Part shown: positions 46,226 to 56,985 of the stretch, piece by piece
Layout of the letters: each line of letters opens with the position of its first letter
Position numbering within the stretch: position 1 is the stretch's first letter
IMG/VR virus record: IMGVR_UViG_3300045972_000132
Span: 1 to 64,000 of that record
DNA from: a virus
Strand: one strand, 5' to 3'
DNA length: 64,000 nt
Position numbers and translations under genes: made by a program
Notes under the pieces: model-generated
The model's database searches: none
What the model was told of the DNA's origin: nothing
The model's input: the letters and a program-made list of their open reading frames with translations, nothing else

Positions 46226-49192
46226 ATGACTACATCAGCCAAAATGGGATGGCCCATCAGCAATCCTAGGGACAGCAGCTTCTACGACTCCTATATTGGC
46301 ACCGTTGCAGCCATTGATGCGTCTGCCGCCGCTTTGAAGGAAGACCGAAATCTTATCATTCAAGGTCTTTCTAATCTTGTTCTAGCACCGGCTAGCAACC
46401 CCTCCGTAAGTTGGTCTAGCAATATCCTGATCTTCTCCCCCAATGGGTTCGTCCTCACGATTCCTCCAGGGTCTGCTAACGTCCTAGATGGGCAGATGCT
46501 TGTCGTTAATGTAGTACGCTCCCCTACGGGAAATGTAACTCTAACTCCCTATGTTTCTAGTGTAATAAACCAGCAGGTTGAATCCGTAGTTCTAGCCAGA
46601 AGAAGCGGAAATACCCTTCTATCTAGAGCGGGATTCCAAATCCCCGCTTCAGGATCCGGTACCACCGTAGCATCCTTCGTATCGGTTCCGTATTCAACCT
46701 CGATGACAATTGATGCAGCCAACGGAACCTTGTTCCAAATAATTGCTACCAATGCAGTCAATTTTACAATCAACAACCCATCCACTTTCCAGTTCAACGG
46801 TCAGAGAATTTCAATCCAAATTCTCAACCAAACCAGCCCCTCTGCAAATCTGGGTACCATCACATGGGGTTCTCAATATACTTTCCAGAACGCCTATAAC
46901 AAGCCGAACGCGGCTGGAAAGATAACCACGGTTGACTTTGTGTTGGATCAATCCGCAAGTAAATGGCGGGAAGTCTCTAGAAGCGAAACCGCCGTTACTG
47001 TTACGTCCTCAGGTCATCTTTTTGATGTTACTGCCTTTGGTGCCGATCCTACTGGAATTTCAGACTCACAACCGGGGTTCGCTGCTGCCTTAACGGCAAT
47101 GGCGGCAGATACTCAAGCGGTCAACGGAGCCTCATGGGGTCCCGCAGGATATGCTACCTCTCCGATTGGACTTGCCAGCGGCGGTGAAATCTGGGTCCCT
47201 AGAGGGGTATATTTATTCAACAACCCTTTTCATATCGGTGCTTATGTAACTATCCGAGGTGAAAACTCCGTCCTAGTTGCTAAGGACTTCTCCACAGATA
47301 TTTTTGTATTTGATCAGATCTATCGTCAGCAAATATATAATCTACAGTTCCTTGGCGGTAGGTACCAAGTTACTGGCGTTAATGGTACCGATGATATTAG
47401 ATTCTCAAACTGTGTTTGGTGTCACCCCGGTACTGCCGGTATCTATAATCAGTCAAATACCACTAATCGATGGCATTTTGAAGATTGTGATTTTCTTGGT
47501 CAATTCTCTGTTGGCTCTGGACAGATGTGGTTGTCATCTGGTGCAGCAACGGATGGTCGAGGTGGCGTCGATACACTGGTTATGCGGCGCTGCATGTGTC
47601 TATCGTCACAGACTGTACCGTTCGTGTTTGGTCCAGGTGATTATCGTCTTAGCCAATGTTTCTTCGTACAAGGCGGTGTTGGAGCGTCTTGGTTTCAGCT
47701 ATATGGATCAAACCTTGTCATCACTGATAGTAAATTCACTGGTGAGTCCGGATCACCAAACTTGTTTGAACTTCGTCCACTAAACCGACCCGGTGATGGT
47801 TTTTATCCTCTTGATGGTAACAAGGGTAATATTCAACTAGTGGATAGCGTAATTTACTCACGCCAGTATATGTTCTATACTCTGCCTGAGAAGTTTGTGA
47901 CGCGCGGTCTGTCTGGTGTGCAGGATGCATTTTATTTTGATTCAGGCATTTCTGAATATCAACTAGCCAATACCAACATTGAGGATTGGGAAATAGACTT
48001 CTCTAGCGGTAGAAACTGGGTGATGGCGTATAATTATAATGCCTCATGGCCGGTGACAAACCAGCGTATTCATTCAGATGTCATGAATAGACTTCTTTAC
48101 AAAAACGGTCACAGAACAAACACGAATCAGAAGCCGACATCAGACCAGTTCCTTGGATATGCACGTTTAGGTCAATATCCGGTAGATGGTACTGCAATCT
48201 GGACCGGTGGTAACAATGGTATCTTCAACAACGTAACCCCAGTACGTCCGACTGACGCAGTTACTGGTCGTCAGGTATTTGAATTGACATCTACCGCTAA
48301 CGGCGGAAACTTCACATTTGGACCATACGCAGGTTTATGGAATACGCTAGCAGGTCCAGGGCAATATACACTCTCTATTCCGGTCGAGGTGGTGACGCGC
48401 AGCACGCTCACGGTTAGAGTTGTGGCAGGTACAGCTAGCAGAAATAACGAACTTTCTACTGGACGCCATGTAATTAATCTTCCCTTTAGCTGGACTACAC
48501 AGCCTAAGGTGTGGCACCCTAACACCATATATACACAGGGTGATATCGTAACAGTTGGTGGCGGCCCCTATGCTCCCGGCGCTTATGGTGTAACTCTGTA
48601 CTGCATTTCAACAGGCACAAGCGCCAGTACATATACGCCAACGGGCGCAGGATCGTTCGCCTCGCCATATATCGACGGATCTGCTCAGTGGGTTCGTTTT
48701 GACTACATGATGTATAATATCGGTGTCCCCGTCATGGCAAACGGTGACAAGGTACGTGTTGGGGATGCCCGTGTTTTCAAGGGTACTTATACTGGCGACG
48801 ATTGGCGTGTAGTGACAGTTGGCGCTGCGATTCCGACACGCGGTACTTGGACTGCCGGTGATATTGTGGAGAATGGACAGCCACAGTCTGGATTTCCTAT
48901 GGGCTGGGTATGTGCAACCTCCGGAACAATTGCCCCAGCTTGGACTACTAATACTGTTTATTATGCTGGCGACACTGTTCTAGCCAATGGTGCATATTGG
49001 ATCTGTACAAATCCAGACCTATCAGGACACACATCAGCATCGTCCGGTACCGGACCATCAAATTCACCTACCTACATATGGCCTGCGAACGATCTAGCTA
49101 TCGCCCCATTCTTCAATGATAATGGCGTTCAGTGGTGTTATTATAATGCCGGTGCAACTGCAACCTTCCTAGCCTACGGCTTAATCGGATAA
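46226..49192 (+). CDS. tailspike / receptor-binding protein 1 (beta-helix + CBM-like repeats)
   Basis: FDVTAFGADPTG.SDS pectate-lyase-like start; W.PNT.Y..GD.V repeats; GTW..GD...GW.C..SG. Confidence 0.75.
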   Translation: MTTSAKMGWPISNPRDSSFYDSYIGTVAAIDASAAALKEDRNLIIQGLSNLVLAPASNPSVSWSSNILIFSPNGFVLTIPPGSANVLDGQMLVVNVVRSPTGNVTLTPYVSSVINQQVESVVLARRSGNTLLSRAGFQIPASGSGTTVASFVSVPYSTSMTIDAANGTLFQIIATNAVNFTINNPSTFQFNGQRISIQILNQTSPSANLGTITWGSQYTFQNAYNKPNAAGKITTVDFVLDQSASKWREVSRSETAVTVTSSGHLFDVTAFGADPTGISDSQPGFAAALTAMAADTQAVNGASWGPAGYATSPIGLASGGEIWVPRGVYLFNNPFHIGAYVTIRGENSVLVAKDFSTDIFVFDQIYRQQIYNLQFLGGRYQVTGVNGTDDIRFSNCVWCHPGTAGIYNQSNTTNRWHFEDCDFLGQFSVGSGQMWLSSGAATDGRGGVDTLVMRRCMCLSSQTVPFVFGPGDYRLSQCFFVQGGVGASWFQLYGSNLVITDSKFTGESGSPNLFELRPLNRPGDGFYPLDGNKGNIQLVDSVIYSRQYMFYTLPEKFVTRGLSGVQDAFYFDSGISEYQLANTNIEDWEIDFSSGRNWVMAYNYNASWPVTNQRIHSDVMNRLLYKNGHRTNTNQKPTSDQFLGYARLGQYPVDGTAIWTGGNNGIFNNVTPVRPTDAVTGRQVFELTSTANGGNFTFGPYAGLWNTLAGPGQYTLSIPVEVVTRSTLTVRVVAGTASRNNELSTGRHVINLPFSWTTQPKVWHPNTIYTQGDIVTVGGGPYAPGAYGVTLYCISTGTSASTYTPTGAGSFASPYIDGSAQWVRFDYMMYNIGVPVMANGDKVRVGDARVFKGTYTGDDWRVVTVGAAIPTRGTWTAGDIVENGQPQSGFPMGWVCATSGTIAPAWTTNTVYYAGDTVLANGAYWICTNPDLSGHTSASSGTGPSNSPTYIWPANDLAIAPFFNDNGVQWCYYNAGATATFLAYGLIG

Positions 49193-49196
49193 ACTT

Positions 49197-51767
49197 ATGA
49201 CACTTATTGCACCTAGAACACCGGGACCGTTCAATCCAACCACTGCTGCCGCTGCATTGGCAGCGGGCGTAAAATGGCAATACCCAAGCGGTATGACTTC
49301 AAAATGGGTCAACGTTCTCGACTTCGGAGCCGATCCTACCGGTACTGTTGACTCGTTAGCTGCTTTTACTGCTGCAATAGCTGCCGTGGCTGCTACAGGT
49401 TCAGGGGGAGCACCTCATCAGGCTGGATATGCTACCGGTGAACCTTCTGCACCATTTGGTGTCTACAGCGTTCCGACTCTATATATTCCAGCAGGCTCTT
49501 ACATCTTTAGTGGTCCTTTCACAATTTCATCATACATGAGTGTAGTTGGAGATAATTGTTTTCTAATCCCTAAGGATTACAACACCGACTGCATGTTGAT
49601 TGACCAAACTAATCGCAAAAATATTTATGGAATCAAGTTCTTGGTTGGAAAAAATCAGATCAAAGTACTGGCGCATATGGACAACTTCTCCATCCGCCGC
49701 TGTTCATTTATTCACCCCGGATACTGTGGCTTAAATAACTCTGAGTGGTTTGGTGCCCCAGTTACCACAGATTCGCCTGGAAATCCGCCTGCAACTGCTA
49801 AGTTCAACGCAACCTTTAACGGAACCAACTTGACCGTAACCTCTATGATTTCGGGGACGATTCAAGTTCCAGGCGTCGGATTGAATGGTATGTCGGTTTA
49901 CGCAGCGTGGGATCCTTATGATTACGCAGCTAGTCAGGCAGGAGTAACGAACTTCAACTTCGTTTCCCAGACCTCCGGTACCCCCGGTGGTGCTGGAGTT
50001 TATGTAATCAACGCATCCCAACCCGTTGTAGGCCCATTCCATATTCAGGCATCTGTTCCGGCTGTAGGTACCCATGAGCTATGGATGGATGAGTGCGAGT
50101 TCCTTGGTCAGTACGGAGATACTTCAGGCAGCATGATGAACTGCTTCGGCAGCGATGTTACCTATTTGAACAATTGTCGAATTCACACATCGAAAGCAAT
50201 TCCGTTTATCTTAAACCACGGGGAATTTCGTATAACAAACAGCTTCTTCGTACAATCTGGTGGCGTTCAATCATGGTTCAAGGTTACGGATGGATTTCTA
50301 TCTATCAACAACTGCAAGATTACAGGCGAAACAGGTGCGGGGGCTATGTTTGAATATCACTCTTCCACAGGGGGTGATGGTGCCTATGCAATGGGGCCGG
50401 GGGTGGGGGGCATTCAGATCGTAGACTCTACAGTAGTATCAGCCCTCTTGAAGTTTTATAATCTTCCCACTTATCCTGTTAAAATCAAAGGCACCACTGG
50501 ATCCTATTACGGATTTTGGTTCGATACAGGTATTAATAATTTGCAACTTCAATCAGCGGATCTTGCTAGCTGGGATATAGATTGGGCTTATTCAAGCGCC
50601 ATTCCCCCTCTTGCGGCCCCCGCTGTAGTGGGCAATAATCTAGCCCTAGCAACTTCGGTATTCCATAGGGTTCCACACAAATCCGACAAACATTCCTACC
50701 CACTATCTACGGACTTTCTTGGTTATGTTAGACCGGGTGGCTACCCTCAGGATGCCACAGTTATCACAGCCGCGCAGGGTGGTGGAGGTGGTGCAGCAGG
50801 ATATACTTCAGTATATGCGACTGATTCCCGTTCAGGAACTTTTCTAATCAAGAACACTTCTACTACTGACGCATACGTGGCTACCTCCTTCTATGGAACG
50901 TCTATTCCACTTTCCATTGGTAAGGGGCAGTATACGCTGTCTCTACCCATCGAAATAGAAACCGATCACACTCTAATGTTCGGTATGTCCTACGGAGCAG
51001 TAAAACAATTCTACACAATCTCGAAGGGTCGGCATGTTCTAAATCTTCCATTTACGGTTGATTTCGACGTAATCCCCGGTGTTCCAGGTACGACTGTAGC
51101 AGTTGGAGATATGGTTGGCTTCAATAGCAATGTCACCAACAATAACTTCGTTACTGTAAACATGGTAACTACTGCCGGAACTATTGGCGATTGGGATACT
51201 AAATCATGGTTTGGTCCCGCACTTACCGGATCGTTTGATTTTCCCTTCCAGTGGACTGACGGCCACACTGCACAGCTTGTAAGCGTCGATGCTCACACTC
51301 TAGGGCTAAATTGCTATCGTATCCCTAGCGGCTGTAAGTTTAATTGGGGAGACTTTAGAATATTCCGAGGATATTACGATAGAGAAGAATGGGAGGTAAT
51401 ATCACAAGGAACTAGTATACCTGTAAAGGGCGTATGGCATGTCGGAGATAAGGTTGTCAATACTCTACCTACATCGGGGGGGCCAAGTGGTTGGGTATGT
51501 ACTACCTCTGGTATCCTAGCCCCTGCGTGGACTCAAAATACTGCCTACTCAGTCGGTGATTTCGTATCCGCAAACAGCGTAATTTGGTCCTGCATCAAAG
51601 CTGGAACCTCATTAGGATCTGGAACCGGCCCAACCAACTCGACTCAGATTTGGCCTACTGCAAATTATCAACAACATCCATACTTTAATGATAATGGTGT
51701 GTATTGGGTATATATTGCTGCTACAGGTACCCCGGCAGTCTTCTCACCCTATGGGCTAATAGGATAA
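49197..51767 (+). CDS. tailspike / receptor-binding protein 2 (paralogue of RBP1)
   Basis: VNVLDFGADPTG.VDS; colinear with RBP1; both end YGLIG. Confidence 0.75.
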   Translation: MTLIAPRTPGPFNPTTAAAALAAGVKWQYPSGMTSKWVNVLDFGADPTGTVDSLAAFTAAIAAVAATGSGGAPHQAGYATGEPSAPFGVYSVPTLYIPAGSYIFSGPFTISSYMSVVGDNCFLIPKDYNTDCMLIDQTNRKNIYGIKFLVGKNQIKVLAHMDNFSIRRCSFIHPGYCGLNNSEWFGAPVTTDSPGNPPATAKFNATFNGTNLTVTSMISGTIQVPGVGLNGMSVYAAWDPYDYAASQAGVTNFNFVSQTSGTPGGAGVYVINASQPVVGPFHIQASVPAVGTHELWMDECEFLGQYGDTSGSMMNCFGSDVTYLNNCRIHTSKAIPFILNHGEFRITNSFFVQSGGVQSWFKVTDGFLSINNCKITGETGAGAMFEYHSSTGGDGAYAMGPGVGGIQIVDSTVVSALLKFYNLPTYPVKIKGTTGSYYGFWFDTGINNLQLQSADLASWDIDWAYSSAIPPLAAPAVVGNNLALATSVFHRVPHKSDKHSYPLSTDFLGYVRPGGYPQDATVITAAQGGGGGAAGYTSVYATDSRSGTFLIKNTSTTDAYVATSFYGTSIPLSIGKGQYTLSLPIEIETDHTLMFGMSYGAVKQFYTISKGRHVLNLPFTVDFDVIPGVPGTTVAVGDMVGFNSNVTNNNFVTVNMVTTAGTIGDWDTKSWFGPALTGSFDFPFQWTDGHTAQLVSVDAHTLGLNCYRIPSGCKFNWGDFRIFRGYYDREEWEVISQGTSIPVKGVWHVGDKVVNTLPTSGGPSGWVCTTSGILAPAWTQNTAYSVGDFVSANSVIWSCIKAGTSLGSGTGPTNSTQIWPTANYQQHPYFNDNGVYWVYIAATGTPAVFSPYGLIG

Positions 51768-51771
51768 TAAA

Positions 51772-53991
51772 ATGACACTAAAGTTCACAACATCCTCTTA
51801 CGATCCGACAGCCGCTGCTGCCGACCTTACGAAGGGAATCCTCTGGGAGCAAGAGTTTCCTATTGCCACAAAGGGTGACATGCGGGTAGGTACTGCCGCA
51901 AATAAAACAGTGAATCTAACAGTAGGTTCAGATGGTAAAATACTGGTAGCTGATAGTACCCAAACGGGAGGTATGCGTTGGGACACACTAGCGGCATTAG
52001 GGATCGCTACCACCGCAGCCACCGTTGCATTAAATCCCGGTTCTGCTCAGACCGGGGCCACAGTCCAACTTACTGGTGCATCCAACATCAGCACCCTCGA
52101 CTTAACATCTCTCGGAACCGGCGCTGTTCTTCGTCTTCACGGATCTAATACCGCATCTTGGATGATCCTTGGTGACGGTGCCATTGGTACGAATGCTAAC
52201 ACCCCTAATTCACCAGCATTCCAAGGTACAGGTAATGGGCTTGGCGCTGGCGGAGTTTTCTATGGTGGAACTAGCGGGTTAGGTGTTCGTGGTCAAGGAT
52301 ATGGCACGAACCAGGGTGTACTAGGTGTGGGTGGCGATGGTGCCGGTGTAAGTGGTGTTGGCGTTCACGGGCAAGGTGGAAATACTAGTCACGGTGTTAT
52401 TGGAATAGGTGGAGCTACTTCTGGACATGGTGTAGTTGGAACAGCAGGCGGTTCAGGCATCGGAGGAGTATTTACTGGAACAGTTACTAACCCTGGTGTC
52501 CAGGCAACTGGCGGTTCGTCTGGTGGAGTTGGTCTATATGCCGCAGGCGGCTCGGGTGGATCTGGATCAGCCTACGGTGCGGATATTGTGGGTGGTGCCT
52601 TGGGTCACGGACTTAGGGCAACCGCAACTGGCAACGGATACTATGGTGGTTTATTCTATGGCGGGCCTGGAACTGGCGGCGGTATCCAAGCTACTGGTGG
52701 CGGAACAGGCTCAGGTGGACAGTTCGTTGGTGGTGCTACAAATGGCGCAGGCGCAACTGGAACCGGTATCGGCGCGGGGTCGGGTCTTGTTGGAATATCA
52801 GGCAACACAGGCGTTGGACACGGCCTCCAAGGTATTGCTATGGATATTGGGCAAGGCGCAGACCTTTATGGCGGTCTAAATGGTGGATATGGCGCAGCCT
52901 CCACTGCGCGTGGGGGTAATTCAAACGGGTTTGTCGGCACTGGACATGGTGGTGGTGCTGGTGTTTATGGTATTGGCGGGGCCAATGGTCACGGTATTCA
53001 AGGTACAGGTCAGGGCACCGGCATGGGCGGTAACTTCGGTGGCGGCGCAGGTGTTTCAGGTAATGAGCATGGTATCTATGCCGTAGGTGGTTCTAATGCT
53101 GGATATGGCGCGTTTGCTCAGTCAAATACCAACTATAGTGCAGTTTATGGCCTATGCACAGGAGCAAGCACTGGGTCTGGTGTTCAAGGTATTAAGTGGA
53201 ATGGTGGCGGTGGCTGGGCTGGATATTTCCAAGCCACAACTGGAGCAGATGGTGGTATTAGATCAGAGACACAGGGCACATCAGGCATTGCTGGGTTTTT
53301 CTTTCAGTCAAATGCTTCTACTGGAACCGGGCAGGCTATTTATGCACAAGCTGACGGTGCAGGCCCAGGAATTGAAGTTTACGGTGGCACAACTGGCGTT
53401 GCCTCATACGGCATCTACGCCCACGGTAGATCCAACACCCCCGTAATCCTTGCACTCAATGCAAACGCAGGGGGTAACGCATGTGGTATTCGTGCCATCG
53501 GTGGCGGCGCGGCAGTAGGTGCCCAATTCCAAGGTAACTCCGTTCGTGGGCAGGTTTTGTTTGAGCCGTCCACTACTACACCAACGACACCGCTCGATGG
53601 TGAACTCTGGGTAGAAAATATCGGCGCTGGCGTTATGAGTTTCTGTGCTCACCTTAATAGCCAGAATAAGGTGCTTAGTCATGCATTTTGGACTCTAACA
53701 TACTCAGCCAGTATCACGCCTATTGCAGGACCGGATACTCAAAGCATCGTGCCAAATAACGGCACTGCATTTACAATCAATGCTCCTGCTCTTGCATTCT
53801 CTGGTGCAATTTTAAATATTCAAATTAAGAACACCTTTGGTACACTAGGTGCTCTTACGTTTGCAGCAGCTTATAAGACAGGTGCAGCTTGGACGCAACC
53901 CGCAAACGGATTCTCGCGTACCATTACCTTTATGTACAACGGTACCGACTGGATTGAAATCAGTAGAACAGCCGCTGACGTTTCCAATTAA
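51772..53991 (+). CDS. glycine-rich tail fibre protein
   Basis: TKGD...L.VG.DG.IL.ADS....G..W motif, G-V-x-G repeats, C-terminal beta domain. Confidence 0.7.
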   Translation: MTLKFTTSSYDPTAAAADLTKGILWEQEFPIATKGDMRVGTAANKTVNLTVGSDGKILVADSTQTGGMRWDTLAALGIATTAATVALNPGSAQTGATVQLTGASNISTLDLTSLGTGAVLRLHGSNTASWMILGDGAIGTNANTPNSPAFQGTGNGLGAGGVFYGGTSGLGVRGQGYGTNQGVLGVGGDGAGVSGVGVHGQGGNTSHGVIGIGGATSGHGVVGTAGGSGIGGVFTGTVTNPGVQATGGSSGGVGLYAAGGSGGSGSAYGADIVGGALGHGLRATATGNGYYGGLFYGGPGTGGGIQATGGGTGSGGQFVGGATNGAGATGTGIGAGSGLVGISGNTGVGHGLQGIAMDIGQGADLYGGLNGGYGAASTARGGNSNGFVGTGHGGGAGVYGIGGANGHGIQGTGQGTGMGGNFGGGAGVSGNEHGIYAVGGSNAGYGAFAQSNTNYSAVYGLCTGASTGSGVQGIKWNGGGGWAGYFQATTGADGGIRSETQGTSGIAGFFFQSNASTGTGQAIYAQADGAGPGIEVYGGTTGVASYGIYAHGRSNTPVILALNANAGGNACGIRAIGGGAAVGAQFQGNSVRGQVLFEPSTTTPTTPLDGELWVENIGAGVMSFCAHLNSQNKVLSHAFWTLTYSASITPIAGPDTQSIVPNNGTAFTINAPALAFSGAILNIQIKNTFGTLGALTFAAAYKTGAAWTQPANGFSRTITFMYNGTDWIEISRTAADVSN

Positions 53992-53996
53992 TACTA

Positions 53997-54025
53997 GTGA
54001 CTTTACTTCACTTTTGATGTATACT
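53997..54025 (+). promoter_or_regulatory. promoter with palindromic site copy 4
   Basis: GTGACT-N17-TATACT containing TACTTCA-CTTT-TGATGTA (54004-54021). Confidence 0.75.
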
Positions 54026-54050
54026 TTTCAAGTCAGGGGTTATTTAAAAA

Positions 54051-55112
54051 ATGGCATATACACTTGAAAAAACTTGGCAATACGCTCCCAATATTCCGCC
54101 TAGCGATATCTCATCTGTTACAGCACTACAGAAAAGCTATTTATGGTTTATTAAGGCAGCCTTAACGGGTCAGACTGGTGGCCTCTCGGCTGGTCTCTGG
54201 ACTTGTTATTATTCATGTGATGGTACTACAGCCGGAACTGCTGGGGACGGAATAGACCGGTGGACGGCATCCTACGACGCCACCAAGATTGTAAATGCTA
54301 ATGCGGGAAGTGCCCACTCTTGGATGGTGCTTCGTAGCCCCGCCAACTTTGTCAGAACCGGTGTCTACCTTTACATGATCATCGATGTCGTAGCCAGCAC
54401 CAACGCACTGACACTGACATTCTGTGTGGGTGCGCCCACGGCTGGGAGCACTACAGCCGCACCTACACAAGGTGCATCGGCTTGGCACCACACCGGGATC
54501 CAGTGGTCCGACGGTACACTTACCCAACATTTTCATTGCTCTCTCTCTTCAGAGGGTGCGTTCTTCCTGTTCAACAGTAAGGACACTACCTACTTTGTAA
54601 TGGGTGGACTAATTGTGTCCAAGCTCGCAGATACGCGCACGCTCGACACCGTACCAGTAGTCTCGTTCATCAGTTACGGGTCCTCATCCCCTGGTGCGTT
54701 CGGTATCCCCTCCGAGACGTACAGTACAATGGGCATCCAAGCCTATCGCCTTGCTGGAGTGTCCGGCTTTGGGTGGGGTAGTAGCTATGGTGGAGGCGAG
54801 CAGTCTGTTTGTGTTCTGTTATACAACATTCTAGACACGTTTACAGGTGGCCGACAACCGCTTGCGACCAACCTTTCTTACGCCCAGTTCTACGATTCGT
54901 TTGAGACTACATCGGGTACTGATTTGCCTGTGTATCTATTCTGCCCTGCCGGGCAGGCTGGAGGATGGACTATCAAAGGCCGCGTACCTGACCTTCGTAT
55001 TTGCAGCTCAAATGGTATCAATGTCGGGTCTGTTGCTCCTGGGCCTGCTGGACCTGTTACTACAATTTCAATGGGTGCAACTTGGTTCCCGACCGGTGCT
55101 GCGCTGGTATAG
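54051..55112 (+). CDS. virion-type protein A1
   Basis: Paralogue of 55826-56974 (EKTWQ, G.W..Y..C, HSW.VL.SP, KGR..DL). Confidence 0.65.
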   Translation: MAYTLEKTWQYAPNIPPSDISSVTALQKSYLWFIKAALTGQTGGLSAGLWTCYYSCDGTTAGTAGDGIDRWTASYDATKIVNANAGSAHSWMVLRSPANFVRTGVYLYMIIDVVASTNALTLTFCVGAPTAGSTTAAPTQGASAWHHTGIQWSDGTLTQHFHCSLSSEGAFFLFNSKDTTYFVMGGLIVSKLADTRTLDTVPVVSFISYGSSSPGAFGIPSETYSTMGIQAYRLAGVSGFGWGSSYGGGEQSVCVLLYNILDTFTGGRQPLATNLSYAQFYDSFETTSGTDLPVYLFCPAGQAGGWTIKGRVPDLRICSSNGINVGSVAPGPAGPVTTISMGATWFPTGAALV

Positions 55113-55115
55113 CCG

Positions 55116-55556
55116 ATGGCCTACGTCAATCACAACCACGCAGAGGCCGCACCTACTGATGCCCAAGTACAGTCACGCTTCCCGTACTACCGCCAATTCA
55201 TTTTGGGCCGCGTAGGGCTTGGCAGTTTCAGCGGGGCTGTTTCTTATACTCCTCCCATACCCACTATTACAAATATATTACCTCCATCCCCTACCATTCT
55301 ACCTCCTAATTCTTCTATTCAGTTTGACGCCATTGCCCTTGGGGTTCTCAAGAAGACTATCATTATGGTTCAGATGGGTACCTCATACGAAGTCATCTTC
55401 GACGGAGACTCCTTCGCTCCTAATTATGTTGGTAGTGTTAAATCCACGATTTCCAATGGCTTTAGATTCACGGTCGCCCGAATAGGTGGTTGGCTATCTA
55501 CCTCTATATCTTTAAACATCTTTGCAATCGATGGATTTGCCCAAATAGCCCCGTAG
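55116..55556 (+). CDS. Ig-like protein B1
   Basis: Paralogue of 56986-57492 (EVIFDG, R.GGW, AIDG). Confidence 0.65.
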   Translation: MAYVNHNHAEAAPTDAQVQSRFPYYRQFILGRVGLGSFSGAVSYTPPIPTITNILPPSPTILPPNSSIQFDAIALGVLKKTIIMVQMGTSYEVIFDGDSFAPNYVGSVKSTISNGFRFTVARIGGWLSTSISLNIFAIDGFAQIAP

Positions 55557-55562
55557 GGAGAG

Positions 55563-55591
55563 GTGACTCTACTTCACTTTTGATGTATAGT
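55563..55591 (+). promoter_or_regulatory. promoter with palindromic site copy 5
   Basis: GTGACT-N17-TATAGT containing TACTTCA-CTTT-TGATGTA (55570-55587). Confidence 0.75.
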
Positions 55592-55627
55592 TATTCCAGC
55601 TAGATTCTTTATTAAAAGGAGCCGAAG

Positions 55628-55822
55628 ATGGCACTCAGCGCGAAATGCAGTGTATGTGGTAAAGACTTTGAGCAAACAAATCCAGGTGATGGATTGGTTT
55701 TCTTCGTTCTTAGGGATCAGCCAAACCCAGCCACACAATGGGAGCTACCTAGAACGTTTGCCTGCTATACTTGTATCCCTAATCTAAAAACGGCCCTTTT
55801 GGCGTTACTACCTAAGGCTTAA
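55628..55822 (+). CDS. small zinc-ribbon protein
   Basis: AGGAG SD; CSVC...CYTC. Confidence 0.65.
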   Translation: MALSAKCSVCGKDFEQTNPGDGLVFFVLRDQPNPATQWELPRTFACYTCIPNLKTALLALLPKA

Positions 55823-55825
55823 TCA

Positions 55826-56974
55826 ATGGCGACTACTTGGGAACGCACTTGGCAGACGCTGCCGAATAATACTCCCGTTACTCCTGCGGATTTCTATAAG
55901 TACGCCTTCTGGTTCTTCAAGGCGTTCCTAACGGGAACAGGAGGTACCGGCACCACTGGAGCAGGTAAGTGGTCTTTATATCAGGTATGTAACTCTGTTA
56001 CAGTATCTGCAACTAATCCAGTAGACCCTTATGCGACCTTCTCCGCAGGAGATTGGGTTCAGGGTACGATTGCTTACAACCTCGTAAATCCTGGTCTTAC
56101 CGGGGCTGGGCTTCCGGCTCACTCTTGGTATGTTTTAAAATCTCCAGCCATGGGTACTGGACCATACTACTTAATCTTTGATTATCTTGGTCTAGACTAT
56201 AGTTACTGTGGCATTTATATGACCAAGACTCCACCTACAGGTGGTACTACCACTGCCCGTCCTTCTTCTGTCATCGAAACGGGTTGGGCTGGTAACGCCG
56301 ACTCTAACTTTGGGTTAGGCGGGACCAACAACCAGTACGCCTCGTATCAGAGTTATAGCAATCAATTTTGTTACTATGGCACCCCTCAATTTATAAACGC
56401 TAGCCTCTCTACCAACGGCGACTTCTATTTCGCAATGTCCGTGCAAGGGTCAGCCACCTTTAGCAGCTTCTTCATGTTTCAAGAGCTTGCAGAATGCCAG
56501 CCCTCCGATACCTGTAGAGCCATTATGTTTCGTCATGTAAACGGGGCCGGAGTATTTGAAGATGTTAACGGATGTGGTATTGCTTCGCGCCAGCACTGCT
56601 TTAAAACACTTCGTGCGGACGGTACCACTTACGCTAACTCGGGCGGTATCGCCCTCATGGGTATTGCTCCCTACGGTTCCTCCAGTATCAATAATCAGTA
56701 TATGTGTGCCTATCAGTGGGATACCATTCTTGCGGGTTATGTAGATTGGCCCTACTACATCATGACAGGTGGCGCATACAACAACTATTCTCGTAAGGGT
56801 CGGCTCGTTGACTTAGTACTAACACAAACCAGTACTGATTATTATTCCGCCAATAGCGGCCTAGGGCATAAGCTGCCCATGGGTTCAGTGGAGCCGGTAA
56901 GTCCTCCGTATGCAAGTGTAGCTATTGGAGGGCAGTGGCTTCCTTGGATCTCTTCATCCGTTCCAGCAATGTAA
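55826..56974 (+). CDS. virion-type protein A2
   Basis: Paralogue of 54051-55112. Confidence 0.65.
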   Translation: MATTWERTWQTLPNNTPVTPADFYKYAFWFFKAFLTGTGGTGTTGAGKWSLYQVCNSVTVSATNPVDPYATFSAGDWVQGTIAYNLVNPGLTGAGLPAHSWYVLKSPAMGTGPYYLIFDYLGLDYSYCGIYMTKTPPTGGTTTARPSSVIETGWAGNADSNFGLGGTNNQYASYQSYSNQFCYYGTPQFINASLSTNGDFYFAMSVQGSATFSSFFMFQELAECQPSDTCRAIMFRHVNGAGVFEDVNGCGIASRQHCFKTLRADGTTYANSGGIALMGIAPYGSSSINNQYMCAYQWDTILAGYVDWPYYIMTGGAYNNYSRKGRLVDLVLTQTSTDYYSANSGLGHKLPMGSVEPVSPPYASVAIGGQWLPWISSSVPAM

Positions 56975-56985
56975 GGTAAGTACTC

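Noticed and set aside
52436-53682. Alternate-frame and antisense ORFs over Gly-rich and other genes
   Set aside because: Shadow ORFs caused by codon bias, with no SD or recognisable motifs; the same applies to most short overlapping ORFs in the track
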